From an uncultured Methanomassiliicoccus sp. (GTDB lineage: Archaea; Thermoplasmatota; Thermoplasmata; Methanomassiliicoccales; UBA472), in the NCBI GenBank assembly GCA_964585915.1, contig CAZPFU010000001.1, forward strand, positions 31,420 to 95,419: a stretch of 64,000 bases of DNA, in the 5' to 3' direction. The translations under genes were made by a program, and so were the position numbers. Positions 18,057-28,064 of this stretch are shown here, in pieces. The notes beneath the pieces were generated by a model, which saw nothing but the letters and a program-made list of their open reading frames with translations, was not told the DNA's origin and did no database searches. How positions within the stretch are numbered: the first letter of the stretch is position 1; the number at the start of each line of letters is the position of its first letter.

Positions 18057-20492
18057 TTACATGAAGTCATCCAAAGAGAGCTTCTTGTCGGTCTTCTTTA
18101 CCTGTTCGAGCTTGATCTTCGGCCTGTCCTGCTCGGGCGCATAGTCGAAAAGGCTGGCCTGCTGATTGCCGTTCAGCAGGTCCTTCTCTCCCCAGCCGAA
18201 GACCTCGGTCGCGCGGGACAGCGTCTGCGCCAGGCGTTCCGCGTAATAGCGGTAATCGGGAGTATAGGTGAACTCCTGGCCGGATATGTACGGCTGCACT
18301 TCCTGCGGCTTCTTGCGGAAGTTGGTGACTATCCATGACACCTTCATCCCCGGCACGAACTCGTACCCCATCTCCATGAGCTTCTTGGCCGTCTGCACCG
18401 TGGCCTGGGCGTCCGGGTTGGCGTATTCGCTGAACTTGCGGCAGCCTTTGGAGATGACCAGCTTCTCCAGCGGGACCTTGCCGGCCAGGGTGTCCTGCAC
18501 ATAGCCGCGGGCGGCCTTCACCGCCTCGTCGGTGTTCCCGTCCATGATGAACTCGAAGACGGTCATCAGCGACTCGGACTGCAGGTCGAAGGAGTCCGTG
18601 CGGCGCACCTCATAACCGCGGATGACCAGCTCCTCCTTGGGCCAGACCATTCGGCCCACGTATCGCTTCTTCTTGCCGTGCGAGAACAGCGGCTCCATGA
18701 TCTTCTCGAACTCCAATGAGCCGCCTTCCTTGGAGAAGCGAGCGGCCAGCTCTTTTCCGAATTCCAGCGAGCCCTCCAGATCGTCGTGGGGCGATTGGAC
18801 GAATATGGAGTCCGTATCGGAGTAGATGACGTTCACCCCCTCGTCCGTCAGGGACTTTATGATGCCCTTGGTGGTCTCCCTGGCGAAGGCGGTGATGCTT
18901 CCCCCGATGGAGCGGTCGGTGAAGCGGTAGAAGGAGGAGGCGAAAACGCCATAAAAGGAGTTCATGAGTATCTTGATCGCGCCTTGCAATCCGTCGTAAT
19001 AGTGCGCCTCCTCGGGGTCCTTGGCCCTTTTCGCCAAGGCCTTCGTCTCATCCCTCCGGCGCATCAGGTCGGCCAGGATGGACGGTAGTATGCCGGGCTG
19101 CTGCTCCTTGCTCAGGAAGTGCACGCCCAGCGGGGAGACGATCGTCCCGCGGTCATCCCGGGTGGTGAAGCAGATGTTCCGGGAGATGATGAGACTGGGG
19201 TACATGGACTTGAAGTCCAGGACGCAGACCCAATGATACACGCCCGGCGAGATCTCGTGCACATAGCCGCCCTCGATGGCGTTCTCCTCATCGTCGTCGT
19301 AGTTGCCAGTGAGCGGTACCGCAACCTGCGGTGCGTGGCGGTCGGCGGCGCGGATCATGATGGCGTCGATGAGCTGCGAAGAGCCGGAGTTCAGAACGTC
19401 GTCCACCGGCATGCGGGACACTGCCGCTAGGTCCATGCCTTTCCGGATACGGCCGACCTTGCCCAGTATCTTTAGGGCCAGCTCCGCATCCCTGGTGCAG
19501 TACGCCAGCACCTTGTCCCGGTTGTTCAGCCACTCCTTGTCGATGGCCCGGGGGTCGTAATCCTCCCCGACCTTCATCTTCATGTCCACGTCCAGCTTCT
19601 CCTCGCCCAGCAGGGACTTGGAGACGGCGTTCAGCGTTTCCTGCTTCGGCTTGATCTCGATCTTGACCGCCCACCAGGCGTCCGCTATCAACCGCCCGGT
19701 GCAGCGCCAGAACTTGTTCATGACCCGGCGGGGGGTGGAGTGGTCCCTTCCCCATTTCAGCTCGTCAATGCCGTACTTCTTGGCCCGCTCCATGATGAAC
19801 GGGATGTCGTAACCGTCGATGTTGTATCCAGTAATAACATCGGGGTCCTCCATCTGGATGACCTCGGAGAACCTCTCGATCATCTCCTTCTCCGTACCGA
19901 TGACCGGTTCGCCGGCCCTTATCCCCCCTTCGTCCTTGATGACGTAGCAGATGGTGTAGATGGTCTCGTCGGTGATGGAGTTCTCGATGTCGAAGCTCAG
20001 GATCTTGAGCTTCGGGGTGAACGGCGGTATCTCGGTGAACCCGCGCAGGTTGACCACCAGGTCGGTGGTGTAGTCGCCCTTGACCTCCTCCCCGCGGGCG
20101 GTGAAGCATGCAGGTAGGTCATTGTCGTAGATGAAGCGGTGATGGAACGGTATGTCGGCAGCGAAGACCTCCATGCCCTGGCGTTTGAGCTCGCTGCGGT
20201 ACTGCGGCACGGCCCAGGGAAACTTTATGACCACCTTGGAGCAGTTCTGCACCCGGCCCTTGTTGATCAGAAAGAGGTCCACCGGTTCGATGGTGAGGAA
20301 ATCATCTTTGCCTTGGACGTAGGGAAGCACGTCCTCCGGCGGGGCGGCCACATGGAAATAGGGACGGAACCCGGTCTTGCGCAGAGTGATCGAGCGACCG
20401 TCGCGGGTCTTGCCGAAGAGCTCCACGATTATGCCGTCGTTGTCCCCCTTCGAATATGAGGCTGTGAGCAAACGGACATCCCATTCGCCCAT
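18057..20492 (-). CDS. polB: Family B DNA polymerase
   Basis: 811 aa. Exonuclease motif FDIE, motif A LDFKSMYPSLII, motif C VIYSDTDSIFV. No intein-like insertion is evident. Confidence 0.9.
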   Translation of the reverse strand: MGEWDVRLLTASYSKGDNDGIIVELFGKTRDGRSITLRKTGFRPYFHVAAPPEDVLPYVQGKDDFLTIEPVDLFLINKGRVQNCSKVVIKFPWAVPQYRSELKRQGMEVFAADIPFHHRFIYDNDLPACFTARGEEVKGDYTTDLVVNLRGFTEIPPFTPKLKILSFDIENSITDETIYTICYVIKDEGGIRAGEPVIGTEKEMIERFSEVIQMEDPDVITGYNIDGYDIPFIMERAKKYGIDELKWGRDHSTPRRVMNKFWRCTGRLIADAWWAVKIEIKPKQETLNAVSKSLLGEEKLDVDMKMKVGEDYDPRAIDKEWLNNRDKVLAYCTRDAELALKILGKVGRIRKGMDLAAVSRMPVDDVLNSGSSQLIDAIMIRAADRHAPQVAVPLTGNYDDDEENAIEGGYVHEISPGVYHWVCVLDFKSMYPSLIISRNICFTTRDDRGTIVSPLGVHFLSKEQQPGILPSILADLMRRRDETKALAKRAKDPEEAHYYDGLQGAIKILMNSFYGVFASSFYRFTDRSIGGSITAFARETTKGIIKSLTDEGVNVIYSDTDSIFVQSPHDDLEGSLEFGKELAARFSKEGGSLEFEKIMEPLFSHGKKKRYVGRMVWPKEELVIRGYEVRRTDSFDLQSESLMTVFEFIMDGNTDEAVKAARGYVQDTLAGKVPLEKLVISKGCRKFSEYANPDAQATVQTAKKLMEMGYEFVPGMKVSWIVTNFRKKPQEVQPYISGQEFTYTPDYRYYAERLAQTLSRATEVFGWGEKDLLNGNQQASLFDYAPEQDRPKIKLEQVKKTDKKLSLDDFM

Positions 20493-20494
20493 CT

Positions 20495-21685
20495 CTACCT
20501 CTTGGCCACTATGGTCATCACGTCCTCGTTCTCCAGCAGGTGGTCGTGACCGACCACGCGGTGCGTACGGGCGTTGATGGCCCGGATGAAATTGTCCCCC
20601 AGGTCGGTGTGCACCTTGTAGGCCAGGTCCCTGGCGTTGCTTCCCTTCTTAAGCAGGAAGGCGTCCGGGAGCACACGGCCGTCGTGGTCGGTGAGGTGCG
20701 TCTCGTCCTCCACCGGGTAGACCACGATCTGGTCCAGCAATTGGTAGGTCACCGTCTCCAGGCACTTCTGCACGCCGGTGCCGTCGTACTTGGCCATGAT
20801 CTGGGCCATGAAGTCCAGAGCCTTCTTCTGATTGGCATTGAGCTTGGCGGGGTCGTTGACCTTGAACCCCTTGTCGCCGGGAACGTACGAGACCAGCCCG
20901 GCCTTGGCCGCTCTGCGTAAGGCAAGTTCGGTCTCCGAGCAGGTGGGGACGGTCAGGTATCCCTCGAGCTCGCTGAGCCTCTTGATCGTCTCAGGGTCCG
21001 CCGCGTCCGCCTTGTTGAGGGCGATTATCATGGGCTTGCTCAGCATCCTGATGTTGGCCGCCAAACGGTAAAGGTCCTCGTCCTTCCAGTCGATGATCTT
21101 GTTCGGCATCTCCGAGGTGCGGAGGGCCGCGGACACCTGCGCCTCAGTGACGCCAAGACCGGTCAGCCGGTCATGGATGACCAGCTCGATCTTCTGGCCC
21201 TCCAGGTGCGCGCCGCGGGCCAGCTTGTCGAAGCCTTTCATCATGATGCCCTTGATCCACTGGTTGATCTCCCTCTCCAGGAACCTCAGGTCCTCCACCG
21301 GGTCGTGGCTTCCCGGCTTTACGGCGTTACCCTCAGCGTCGGTGGAGCCGCTGGCATCGACCACGTGAATGAAGGCGTCCGCCTGGCGCAGGTCGTCCAG
21401 GAACTGGTTCCCCAGGCCCTTTCCCTGACATGCGTCCGGAACTAATCCGGCCACGTCCAGCAGCTCTATGGGCACCAGGCGGACCCCGTTCTCGCAGGCC
21501 GAGTTCCGGGGGTTGCACTTGACGTTGAAGTCCAGGTGCGGGCACTTGGATCGGACGTAACCCATGCCCTTGTTCGGCTTGATGGTGGTGAATGGGTAGT
21601 TCGCTATCTCCGCGGTGGCCATGGTGGCGGCGGAGAAGAAGGTCGACTTACCTACGTTGGGTTTACCGACTATCCCGATCAGCAT
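20495..21685 (-). CDS. Obg-family GTPase (YchF/OLA1- or DRG-like) with a C-terminal TGS domain
   Basis: G1 motif GIVGKPNVGKST and G3 motif LLDVAGLV. The C-terminus AINARTHRVVGHDHLLENEDVMTIV is TGS-like. Confidence 0.8.
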   Translation of the reverse strand: MLIGIVGKPNVGKSTFFSAATMATAEIANYPFTTIKPNKGMGYVRSKCPHLDFNVKCNPRNSACENGVRLVPIELLDVAGLVPDACQGKGLGNQFLDDLRQADAFIHVVDASGSTDAEGNAVKPGSHDPVEDLRFLEREINQWIKGIMMKGFDKLARGAHLEGQKIELVIHDRLTGLGVTEAQVSAALRTSEMPNKIIDWKDEDLYRLAANIRMLSKPMIIALNKADAADPETIKRLSELEGYLTVPTCSETELALRRAAKAGLVSYVPGDKGFKVNDPAKLNANQKKALDFMAQIMAKYDGTGVQKCLETVTYQLLDQIVVYPVEDETHLTDHDGRVLPDAFLLKKGSNARDLAYKVHTDLGDNFIRAINARTHRVVGHDHLLENEDVMTIVAKR

Positions 21686-21751
21686 GTTCTCTCCTCTCCT
21701 CCATAAGGTGGCCCAAGTTAAAATGATTGCCCGAGGGCCTTTTAAGATGCC

Positions 21752-22564
21752 CTACCTGCCGTCGGGGAAGGCCACTTGAGGACGCTTGGCGAGGAACGAC
21801 GCGGGAACATCTTGGACCATCCTATCCGCGTCCTTGAGCTTCAATCCCAGGGACATGAGGTCCGGCGGCATCCAGCGATTGCCGGTGGGGTCCACCGGGC
21901 CGATGATCAGCGCCTGGTCCGGACAGTTGGAGGCCAGCCCCGCCGGGTAGCTGAGGAAGGAGGCGCAGCTGGGACCCCATGGAGCGCTGGTGGAGGTGAA
22001 GGCGTCTGGCGTCCCAAAGTGGTGCAGGGCGAGCAGGTTGCGCAGCTGCTCCGCCCTGGCGAAGATCAGCAGCGACCTCGGCTTCCCTTCGTTCTCATCG
22101 AAGACCTTGCAGGGAGTGACGCACAGGTAGTTCACCGGCGGTCGGATCTTACCTACGAACGACTTGCTCCTCATGACCAGGTCCGGGTCCCGCTTGAGAT
22201 GTTCCGCCTCCCCGTGGCGGAAGGTCGGGGACCCGGTGGATATGAAGTACCTCAAACCCTCGGCCATTTCGACAAGTCCGGTCCATGTCTGTCCGCCTGG
22301 GCACACGCCGGAACGGGCGTCCTGGCCAATGTAAAGAAGGTCCTCCTGACCTTTGGCGCACATGAACACCGCCTTGGCGATGCATCGGTCCACCTCCCCG
22401 AACGGCTTACCCTTCTCAGGCCGCTTCTCGCTCTCATAGACGCAAAGAGGATCGAGGTCCAGATGCCCGGCCTCCTTCAGCGTTCTACCTATCACGGGAA
22501 TGTCGGCCTTCACATCCTTGTTCATTTTTTCCCCGGAAGTGATATCGGCGGGACCGATAATCAA
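21752..22564 (-). CDS. Conserved hypothetical protein (possibly DUF169/COG2043-like)
   Basis: 270-aa ORF with normal composition, whereas the overlapping 368-aa plus-strand ORF is Arg/Gly-rich. The family assignment is only a weak recollection. Confidence 0.4.
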   Translation of the reverse strand: MIIGPADITSGEKMNKDVKADIPVIGRTLKEAGHLDLDPLCVYESEKRPEKGKPFGEVDRCIAKAVFMCAKGQEDLLYIGQDARSGVCPGGQTWTGLVEMAEGLRYFISTGSPTFRHGEAEHLKRDPDLVMRSKSFVGKIRPPVNYLCVTPCKVFDENEGKPRSLLIFARAEQLRNLLALHHFGTPDAFTSTSAPWGPSCASFLSYPAGLASNCPDQALIIGPVDPTGNRWMPPDLMSLGLKLKDADRMVQDVPASFLAKRPQVAFPDGR

Positions 22565-22572
22565 GGTGACCG

Positions 22573-23361
22573 TCAGGGATGCGCGGTCAGGGCGTCCGAT
22601 AGCTCGGCGATCTGTGCCGGGGTGAGCCTCTCCACCCTCTCGTCCAGATACGGGATCCCGGACCGGTCCTCGGGAAGCATCCGCTTCTGCTTGAGAACCG
22701 TCCCGATCTTCTTCCGCCTCTGCTGGAAGAGCAGGTCGACCAACCTAAGGAAATGCTTCTCGTCCCGCACCGGGAAGGGGGCGGGCCGGGGGGTGAGCAT
22801 GACCACGGTCGAATCCACCTCCGGTTCCGGCCAGAACCTTGAGCGGGGAACGTTCTCCAACAATTTGCATTCGGCGCGGTAGAAGACGTTGACCGACAGC
22901 CGCGAATACTCGCTGTCGCCGGCGGGGGCGGCCATGCGCTCGGCGAACTCCCTCTGGACCATGATCACCGCCCGCTTGAACTTCATATCCAGAAGATGGA
23001 AGAGCAGCGGCGAGGAGATGCTGTACGGGACGTTGGAGATGAACAGGTCGAACTCGGGGGGGTCGATCTCCAGGAAGTCCCCCTGTATAACGTCCATCTG
23101 CGGGAACGAATCGCGAAGATAGCGCACCGCCCCTTCCTCAATCTCCACGGCCGTGACCTTGGAGGTCCTTTCCAGAAGCGCCGAGGTCAGAATTCCGAAG
23201 CCGGGGCCGACCTCCAGCACGCGGTCGTTCTGACCGATCCCAAGGTACTCCGCCTCTCGCTCGGCGACGCGGCGGTCTATCAGGTAGTTCTGTCCCTTGG
23301 ACTTGGATGGCCGCACGCCGTACCTTTCCAGAAGGGAGCGCAGCTCCCCGATGCTTATCAT
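22573..23361 (-). CDS. ksgA: 16S rRNA (adenine1518/1519-N6)-dimethyltransferase KsgA/Dim1
   Basis: QNYLID, SAM motif VLEVGPGFGILT, and NVPYSISSPLLF. Confidence 0.85.
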   Translation of the reverse strand: MISIGELRSLLERYGVRPSKSKGQNYLIDRRVAEREAEYLGIGQNDRVLEVGPGFGILTSALLERTSKVTAVEIEEGAVRYLRDSFPQMDVIQGDFLEIDPPEFDLFISNVPYSISSPLLFHLLDMKFKRAVIMVQREFAERMAAPAGDSEYSRLSVNVFYRAECKLLENVPRSRFWPEPEVDSTVVMLTPRPAPFPVRDEKHFLRLVDLLFQQRRKKIGTVLKQKRMLPEDRSGIPYLDERVERLTPAQIAELSDALTAHP

Positions 23362-23362
23362 C

Positions 23363-23911
23363 TCAGCGGGAGACGAAGACGCGGTACTTCTGGGCGGGAT
23401 CGGCCAGCTCGAGCTCGATGCGCTTGGCCACTACCTTCTCGGGGTGCTTGAAGGTCGGCAGCCGGGCGGCGATGTCGGCGAAGGACTTGAACGGTCCCTT
23501 CTTGCGCTCATCGAGTATGGCCAGCATGGTCTTCTTTCCCAGGCCGGGAAGAAGCTCCAGCACGTGGTAGCGGGTGGTGATGGCCTCCGACTCGTTGAAG
23601 AACTTGACGTAGAGGTCCTCGTTCTCCTTGACCACTTCCAGAATGACGAACGGCAATTCGTTCTGTGAGCCGGCGTTCAGCTCCTCGAAGCCCACGCGGC
23701 GCTTGACATGGAGGATCTTGTCGCGCTTGTCCATGTCCTTCCCGATGTAGACCACCTCGCCTGGCGAGATGATTACCCCGGGCTTGGGCACAAGCTCGAA
23801 CAGCTTCAGTTCAGTGCTTCCGAGGGCGTACGCTACTGGTTCCTTCCTGAAGCCTCTCTCCGTAGGCAGTCCCTGCGGTAGATAATCTAGAATGTGGGCG
23901 TAGTCCTCCAA
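23363..23911 (-). CDS. DUF655 nucleic-acid-binding protein (OB + HhH)
   Basis: N-terminus EDYAHILDYLPQG. It sits in the conserved archaeal position between rpoF and ksgA. Confidence 0.6.
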   Translation of the reverse strand: MEDYAHILDYLPQGLPTERGFRKEPVAYALGSTELKLFELVPKPGVIISPGEVVYIGKDMDKRDKILHVKRRVGFEELNAGSQNELPFVILEVVKENEDLYVKFFNESEAITTRYHVLELLPGLGKKTMLAILDERKKGPFKSFADIAARLPTFKHPEKVVAKRIELELADPAQKYRVFVSR

Positions 23912-23923
23912 AGCAACACCAGC

Positions 23924-24265
23924 CTAAAGGTATTCGTTCACCAATTTAATAATCTGCTCGCCCTGCTTCTTGTCGAGCACCCGCCTCTCCTTCTGGAAGA
24001 TCAGGCGGACGTCGTCGAAGTGGGTGGGCAAAAGGTCGGTGATCTTGACCGCCACTGCCTCAGCGTTGTTCAGGTCGGCCACGAACTCCAGTTCGAGCAG
24101 CTTTCCCTTCAGCTCCCTGGCCTGCTCGGCGCTCATCTTGGCGCCTTTGGCGTGCTCAAAGGCCAGCTTCTGCTCGGGGGTGAACTCCCGGGACTCCGCT
24201 TCAGCCTCCAGCATCTCCTTTACCTCGGCCAGGGTGACGTAGCGATCCTTGGGCATCATCATCAC
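23924..24265 (-). CDS. rpoF: DNA-directed RNA polymerase subunit Rpo4/F
   Basis: 113 aa. The pattern YVTLAEVKEMLE...EQKLAFEHAK and the conserved L21e-RpoF-DUF655-KsgA gene order support the call. Confidence 0.6.
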   Translation of the reverse strand: MMMMPKDRYVTLAEVKEMLEAEAESREFTPEQKLAFEHAKGAKMSAEQARELKGKLLELEFVADLNNAEAVAVKITDLLPTHFDDVRLIFQKERRVLDKKQGEQIIKLVNEYL

Positions 24266-24267
24266 CG

Positions 24268-24564
24268 TCAGTTCTTGACCTTGCGCATGTGCTCGGGCCG
24301 GGACACGACGGTCTTGTATTTATCGCCGTCCCTGACGGACAGCAAGTAGGCGCGACCCTGGGCGGCCTTGACCGTCCCGGTCTTGCCATGGAAGCGCAAG
24401 TGCGGCGCGCCCTTGACAATGCTGGGGTCCAGGTGAATGTGGGCCTGCTCTCCTACGTCGAACTGAACGAACTCGTGGGTGATGGGGGAAAGTCCACGAG
24501 CCCTGGGGCTCCTCCTCAGAATGTTCCGGCCCTTCCCTCTCTGTCCGTGCGATGCTTTGACCAT
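24268..24564 (-). CDS. rpl21e: Ribosomal protein eL21 (L21e)
   Basis: MVKASHGQRGKGRNILRR...FHGKTGTVKAAQGRAYLLSV is a typical L21e sequence. Confidence 0.85.
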   Translation of the reverse strand: MVKASHGQRGKGRNILRRSPRARGLSPITHEFVQFDVGEQAHIHLDPSIVKGAPHLRFHGKTGTVKAAQGRAYLLSVRDGDKYKTVVSRPEHMRKVKN

Positions 24565-24566
24565 AT

Positions 24567-25802
24567 CTATACCTCGTTGTTGTCGATGACCCCGATGACG
24601 TCCAGGGCGTCCACGGTGCAGGGGACCCCGAGCATCTCGGAGAGATTGGGTTCCGTTCTTCCCTGGTCGCCGTGCACGAACTCCTTCACGTAGGTGCCTG
24701 ATTCGGTGCGCAGGCGCAGCGTCATGCGTTCCTCCTGGAAATCCTCCAGGACCACGTAGACGATGTACCGCTCGCGTTTCAGGTCCGCGCGTCGGTGGGA
24801 CACCCTAACGGGCGTCCGCTGGACTATACGGGTTCTGTTGAACGTGCGAAGGACCTCATTGACTCTCTCCTTATTAACTTTGCCGTGAATGGATACCTGC
24901 ACGCGGTACTCCTTGTCGTGCGCTGAATCCTTGACCAGGCGCACTTCCTCCCGGTCCGAGAGGCGCAGTTGCTCGACCTCCACCAGACCCTTGCCCTTCT
25001 CATTGATCTCCTTCTCGATGGCGATGAGGTCCAGGCTTCGGACCACCGGCGAGGATATCTCGATGACGAAAGGCCGCCCGGTGCCCAGCATCAGCGCGTC
25101 TATGTCCTCCCTGCCCATGCCATGGAAGAAGTGCTCCTTGGCCTGGGCGTAAGGAAGGATGACATCCCCGATCTGCTCCTGAACGCTGGTCTGGTACATT
25201 TTCCCGGTACCGCCGCAGCGCGGGCATCCCTTGCCCTGGCAGACCCGGCAGGGCCACTTGGTCTGAGGGATCTCCCGAGATAGTTTTCTGTAACGACCGT
25301 AGAGGAACAGCGGCGCCACGTCCAGCTCCACGTGGGCGAAGCGGGTGTCTACCAGCGCCACCACCTGCGGGCTCTTGAACTCCACCGCCTTGCCGTTCAG
25401 GGCGAAGACCGCTTTCCCGATCTCGCGGTTGAGCTCGGACTTTATGGGCTCGGCGTGCTCCTGTCCTACCAGCGACCAGAGCTCCTCCTCTTTCGCCTGG
25501 ACGACCGGGTCCACTCTCGTCCCGACCAAAAAGTTGTCGTACTGGACCTCTTGCAGCTTGAGATCGACGGCCTCCGCAAAGCGGGGAACCTGTTCAAAGA
25601 TCTCATCGCAGAGCCAGCACCTCTCGTGCTTCATTGGACCCAGGCCGCGGGAGGCGCGGTCCTGGTCGATCAACGCCCTCAGCTCCTCTCCTCTCTTTAG
25701 ATTGGTGGTGCCGGTGCCCACGTGAGCGAAAAGGCGTCCAAGGCAGTGGTCGCACAGGTCGCGGTCCTGGGCCTTCAGGGCTTGCTCGAGAACTTCCTTC
25801 AT
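24567..25802 (-). CDS. pus10: tRNA pseudouridine(54/55) synthase Pus10
   Basis: Zinc motifs CDHCLGRLF, CWLCDEIF and CRVCQGKGCPRCGGTG, followed by a THUMP/PUS core. Start placed at MKEVLEQ (25802). Confidence 0.75.
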   Translation of the reverse strand: MKEVLEQALKAQDRDLCDHCLGRLFAHVGTGTTNLKRGEELRALIDQDRASRGLGPMKHERCWLCDEIFEQVPRFAEAVDLKLQEVQYDNFLVGTRVDPVVQAKEEELWSLVGQEHAEPIKSELNREIGKAVFALNGKAVEFKSPQVVALVDTRFAHVELDVAPLFLYGRYRKLSREIPQTKWPCRVCQGKGCPRCGGTGKMYQTSVQEQIGDVILPYAQAKEHFFHGMGREDIDALMLGTGRPFVIEISSPVVRSLDLIAIEKEINEKGKGLVEVEQLRLSDREEVRLVKDSAHDKEYRVQVSIHGKVNKERVNEVLRTFNRTRIVQRTPVRVSHRRADLKRERYIVYVVLEDFQEERMTLRLRTESGTYVKEFVHGDQGRTEPNLSEMLGVPCTVDALDVIGVIDNNEV

Positions 25803-25924
25803 GGTCGTCCGGCCTACTAGTGCTCCCCTAGATAAATTGTTGTCCGTTCCTGTTGCACGTCGAGCACCCATTTTCAATGATGTGCGGCATATGCTCTTAT
25901 TCCTTCCTTATATGAAATTTGTCC

Positions 25925-26719
25925 ATGGCGGTCCATCATCCTGAACTGGTCCTACGGTACAGGGAATTTGCCAATATCAGGGACCAGGCGGTTAGAACAG
26001 GTGTGGTGGACCTGAAGAAGGTAAAATTCCTGACACCCACGACCATTCTTCCGTTATCCATCATGCTCAGGACTGAAAGGCACCTAACTCTGGTCCCTCC
26101 CCCTAGTCCTGATGTACAAAACTACCTCTGGTGCATGATGAGGGATCATGGTTATGATACCCTCAACAGATCGACCTACCTGCCTGTGGTGGGATTGCCC
26201 CATGATGAAGATCTGAGCCAACCCATACTGAAGAAGGTTTACGGTCTGGCAGGCGATCCTGGTGGAAAAAACGCCTTCAGGTATATGGTCGGCGAGCTGG
26301 TCGACAACATCTATCAACATTCCAGATTTGCAAACGCATTGATAATGGCCCAGCAGTACAAGAGAAATGGAGATATGCACCTGTGCATCATAGATGACGG
26401 AATCACCATAGCTGGAAGTCTGAGGGAATCGGGAATGTCCCTAGATGATGACCAGGCGATTGTGGACGCGATCGAGGGCGCGTCCTCTAAGATGGAAAAA
26501 GAAAGAGGCCGGGGACTTGGGACCACGATGAATTTGACATTGAAAGGTTATGGTGGATGTATGCTGGTGGTCTCTGGTCAAGGCGCGATCTATTGTGATG
26601 GGGATAATCAGTCGAGATATCGATTATCCGATATGAATAAATATAAAGGAACTTTGATAAGCATGAAGATACCATTGACATTAGAGGAGGTGGACCTGTA
26701 TGAGCACACAAGGCTGTAG
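25925..26719 (+). CDS. GHKL-type (histidine-kinase-like) ATPase, RsbW/anti-sigma-kinase-like
   Basis: N-box GELVDNIYQHS, G1-like IIDDGITIAGSL, and G2 ERGRGLGTTMNL. The DNA is lower in GC than its flanks by eye. The ORF-track start at 25919 is TTG; the first ATG is at 25925. Confidence 0.55.
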   Translation: MAVHHPELVLRYREFANIRDQAVRTGVVDLKKVKFLTPTTILPLSIMLRTERHLTLVPPPSPDVQNYLWCMMRDHGYDTLNRSTYLPVVGLPHDEDLSQPILKKVYGLAGDPGGKNAFRYMVGELVDNIYQHSRFANALIMAQQYKRNGDMHLCIIDDGITIAGSLRESGMSLDDDQAIVDAIEGASSKMEKERGRGLGTTMNLTLKGYGGCMLVVSGQGAIYCDGDNQSRYRLSDMNKYKGTLISMKIPLTLEEVDLYEHTRL

Positions 26720-27014
26720 GATATCGATAGCACATGAGCTGTCACCAGACCTTGCGCTGCGAGATATAGCCTCTTCGTTCATGGACAAGGTCGAGTCGCT
26801 TAGATGCCCAGAGATCGTCATTGATTTCTGTGAAGTGGAGACCATCACTCGCTCGTTCGCGCATGAATATGTCACCAGGAAGGAAAGGTCATCCCTACGC
26901 ATCAACGAGGTGAATGTCCCAGACAATATTGACCGGATGTTCAAGGTCATTCATAACTCGGAAAAAAAGCCGAGGTTCGAAGGTCTTCGCCAATCCCGGA
27001 CAATCATACTTTGA
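26700..27014 (+). CDS. STAS-like small protein (DUF4325-type)
   Basis: 104 aa. The core VIDFCEVETITRSFAHEYV matches the DUF4325 pattern (hhDF..V..hs.SFadEh). A GAGGAGG sequence lies upstream. It overlaps the ATPase gene by 20 nt. Confidence 0.55.
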   Translation: MSTQGCRISIAHELSPDLALRDIASSFMDKVESLRCPEIVIDFCEVETITRSFAHEYVTRKERSSLRINEVNVPDNIDRMFKVIHNSEKKPRFEGLRQSRTIIL

Positions 27015-27075
27015 GAACTTTTTATGTGGGAGCGGGCTCAGTTAACGGGGGAAAGTGCTTAATCCCGTGCAAGGC

Positions 27076-28011
27076 ATGCCGTTGCGAACGAAGCTCATGG
27101 CCGAGAACGGTGATCTGCTCAAGCCCCTCAGGGAACGGGGATACGACGCCAGGTCTCTGTCCGTTTCACACCTGGAAGAGGTGCGGGAGGATGTGGAGGG
27201 CCTGTACAACCAGGGCCTGCTGGCCGAGGAGCTGTACAAGGAGTACCTTTTCCGTTTCAAGTATTTCGTTCCCGTTTCGTTCCCGGAAGCTAAGAGCATC
27301 ATCGTGGTCTCCGTTCCGCAGCCGACCTGCGAGGTCAGCTTCATCGTCAAGGGACGCAAGGTGCGCACCATAGTGCCGCCGACCTACGCCAAGGCGGTGG
27401 ACGTGGACATGGAGATCATGGACCTTCTGGAAAAGGGGGACGGCAACGGAGTGCAGCTCATGAGGGCCATACTCCCGCACAAGACCCTGGCCGCCAGGAC
27501 CGGCCTGGCCGAGTACGGCAGGAACAACATAACCTACGTTCCCAGGTTCGGCTCCTTCCACCGCCTGACCAGTTTCTTCACCAACCGGGAGCTGCCGGAC
27601 GAATGGCAGGAAAAGAAGGTCATGGACCGCTGCGCGGAGTGCGGAGCCTGCGTTAGAGCGTGCCCGACCAAGGCCATCGATGATGACCGCTTCCTCCTTC
27701 ACGCCGAGAGGTGCCTGACCTTTCACAACGAGATGCCTAACGAGAGGGCGTTCCCCGATTACGTGCTGGAAGGGGTTCACAACGCGGTCATCGGCTGCAT
27801 GATCTGCCAGAAGGTCTGCCCGGTGAACGCTCAAGTTCGGAATTGGATGGTGCACTGCACCGAGTTCGACGAGGACGATACCTCCTATCTTCTGAAGGGC
27901 GATTTCTCCGGGCCGAGGGCCAAGCTGATGGCGGCCAGATTGGAACCCCTGGGACTGGAGCTCCAGCTCTTCCCCCGGAACCTGACGGTCCTCTTGGAGC
28001 GGACGTCATGA
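27076..28011 (+). CDS. 4Fe-4S dicluster protein, epoxyqueuosine-reductase/reductive-dehalogenase-like
   Basis: Two ferredoxin-type motifs, CAECGACVRACP and CMICQKVCP. The ORF-track start at 27055 is GTG; the first ATG is at 27076. Confidence 0.55.
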   Translation: MPLRTKLMAENGDLLKPLRERGYDARSLSVSHLEEVREDVEGLYNQGLLAEELYKEYLFRFKYFVPVSFPEAKSIIVVSVPQPTCEVSFIVKGRKVRTIVPPTYAKAVDVDMEIMDLLEKGDGNGVQLMRAILPHKTLAARTGLAEYGRNNITYVPRFGSFHRLTSFFTNRELPDEWQEKKVMDRCAECGACVRACPTKAIDDDRFLLHAERCLTFHNEMPNERAFPDYVLEGVHNAVIGCMICQKVCPVNAQVRNWMVHCTEFDEDDTSYLLKGDFSGPRAKLMAARLEPLGLELQLFPRNLTVLLERTS

Positions 28012-28064
28012 CCTTCAGGGGAAACCTTTGAGATACATCGGACAGATGGTCGTCCGATACTATC

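Noticed and set aside
21776-22882. 368-aa plus-strand ORF overlapping the 270-aa gene and ksgA
   Set aside because: It is an Arg/Gly-rich shadow ORF. The ksgA motifs on the minus strand are unambiguous.
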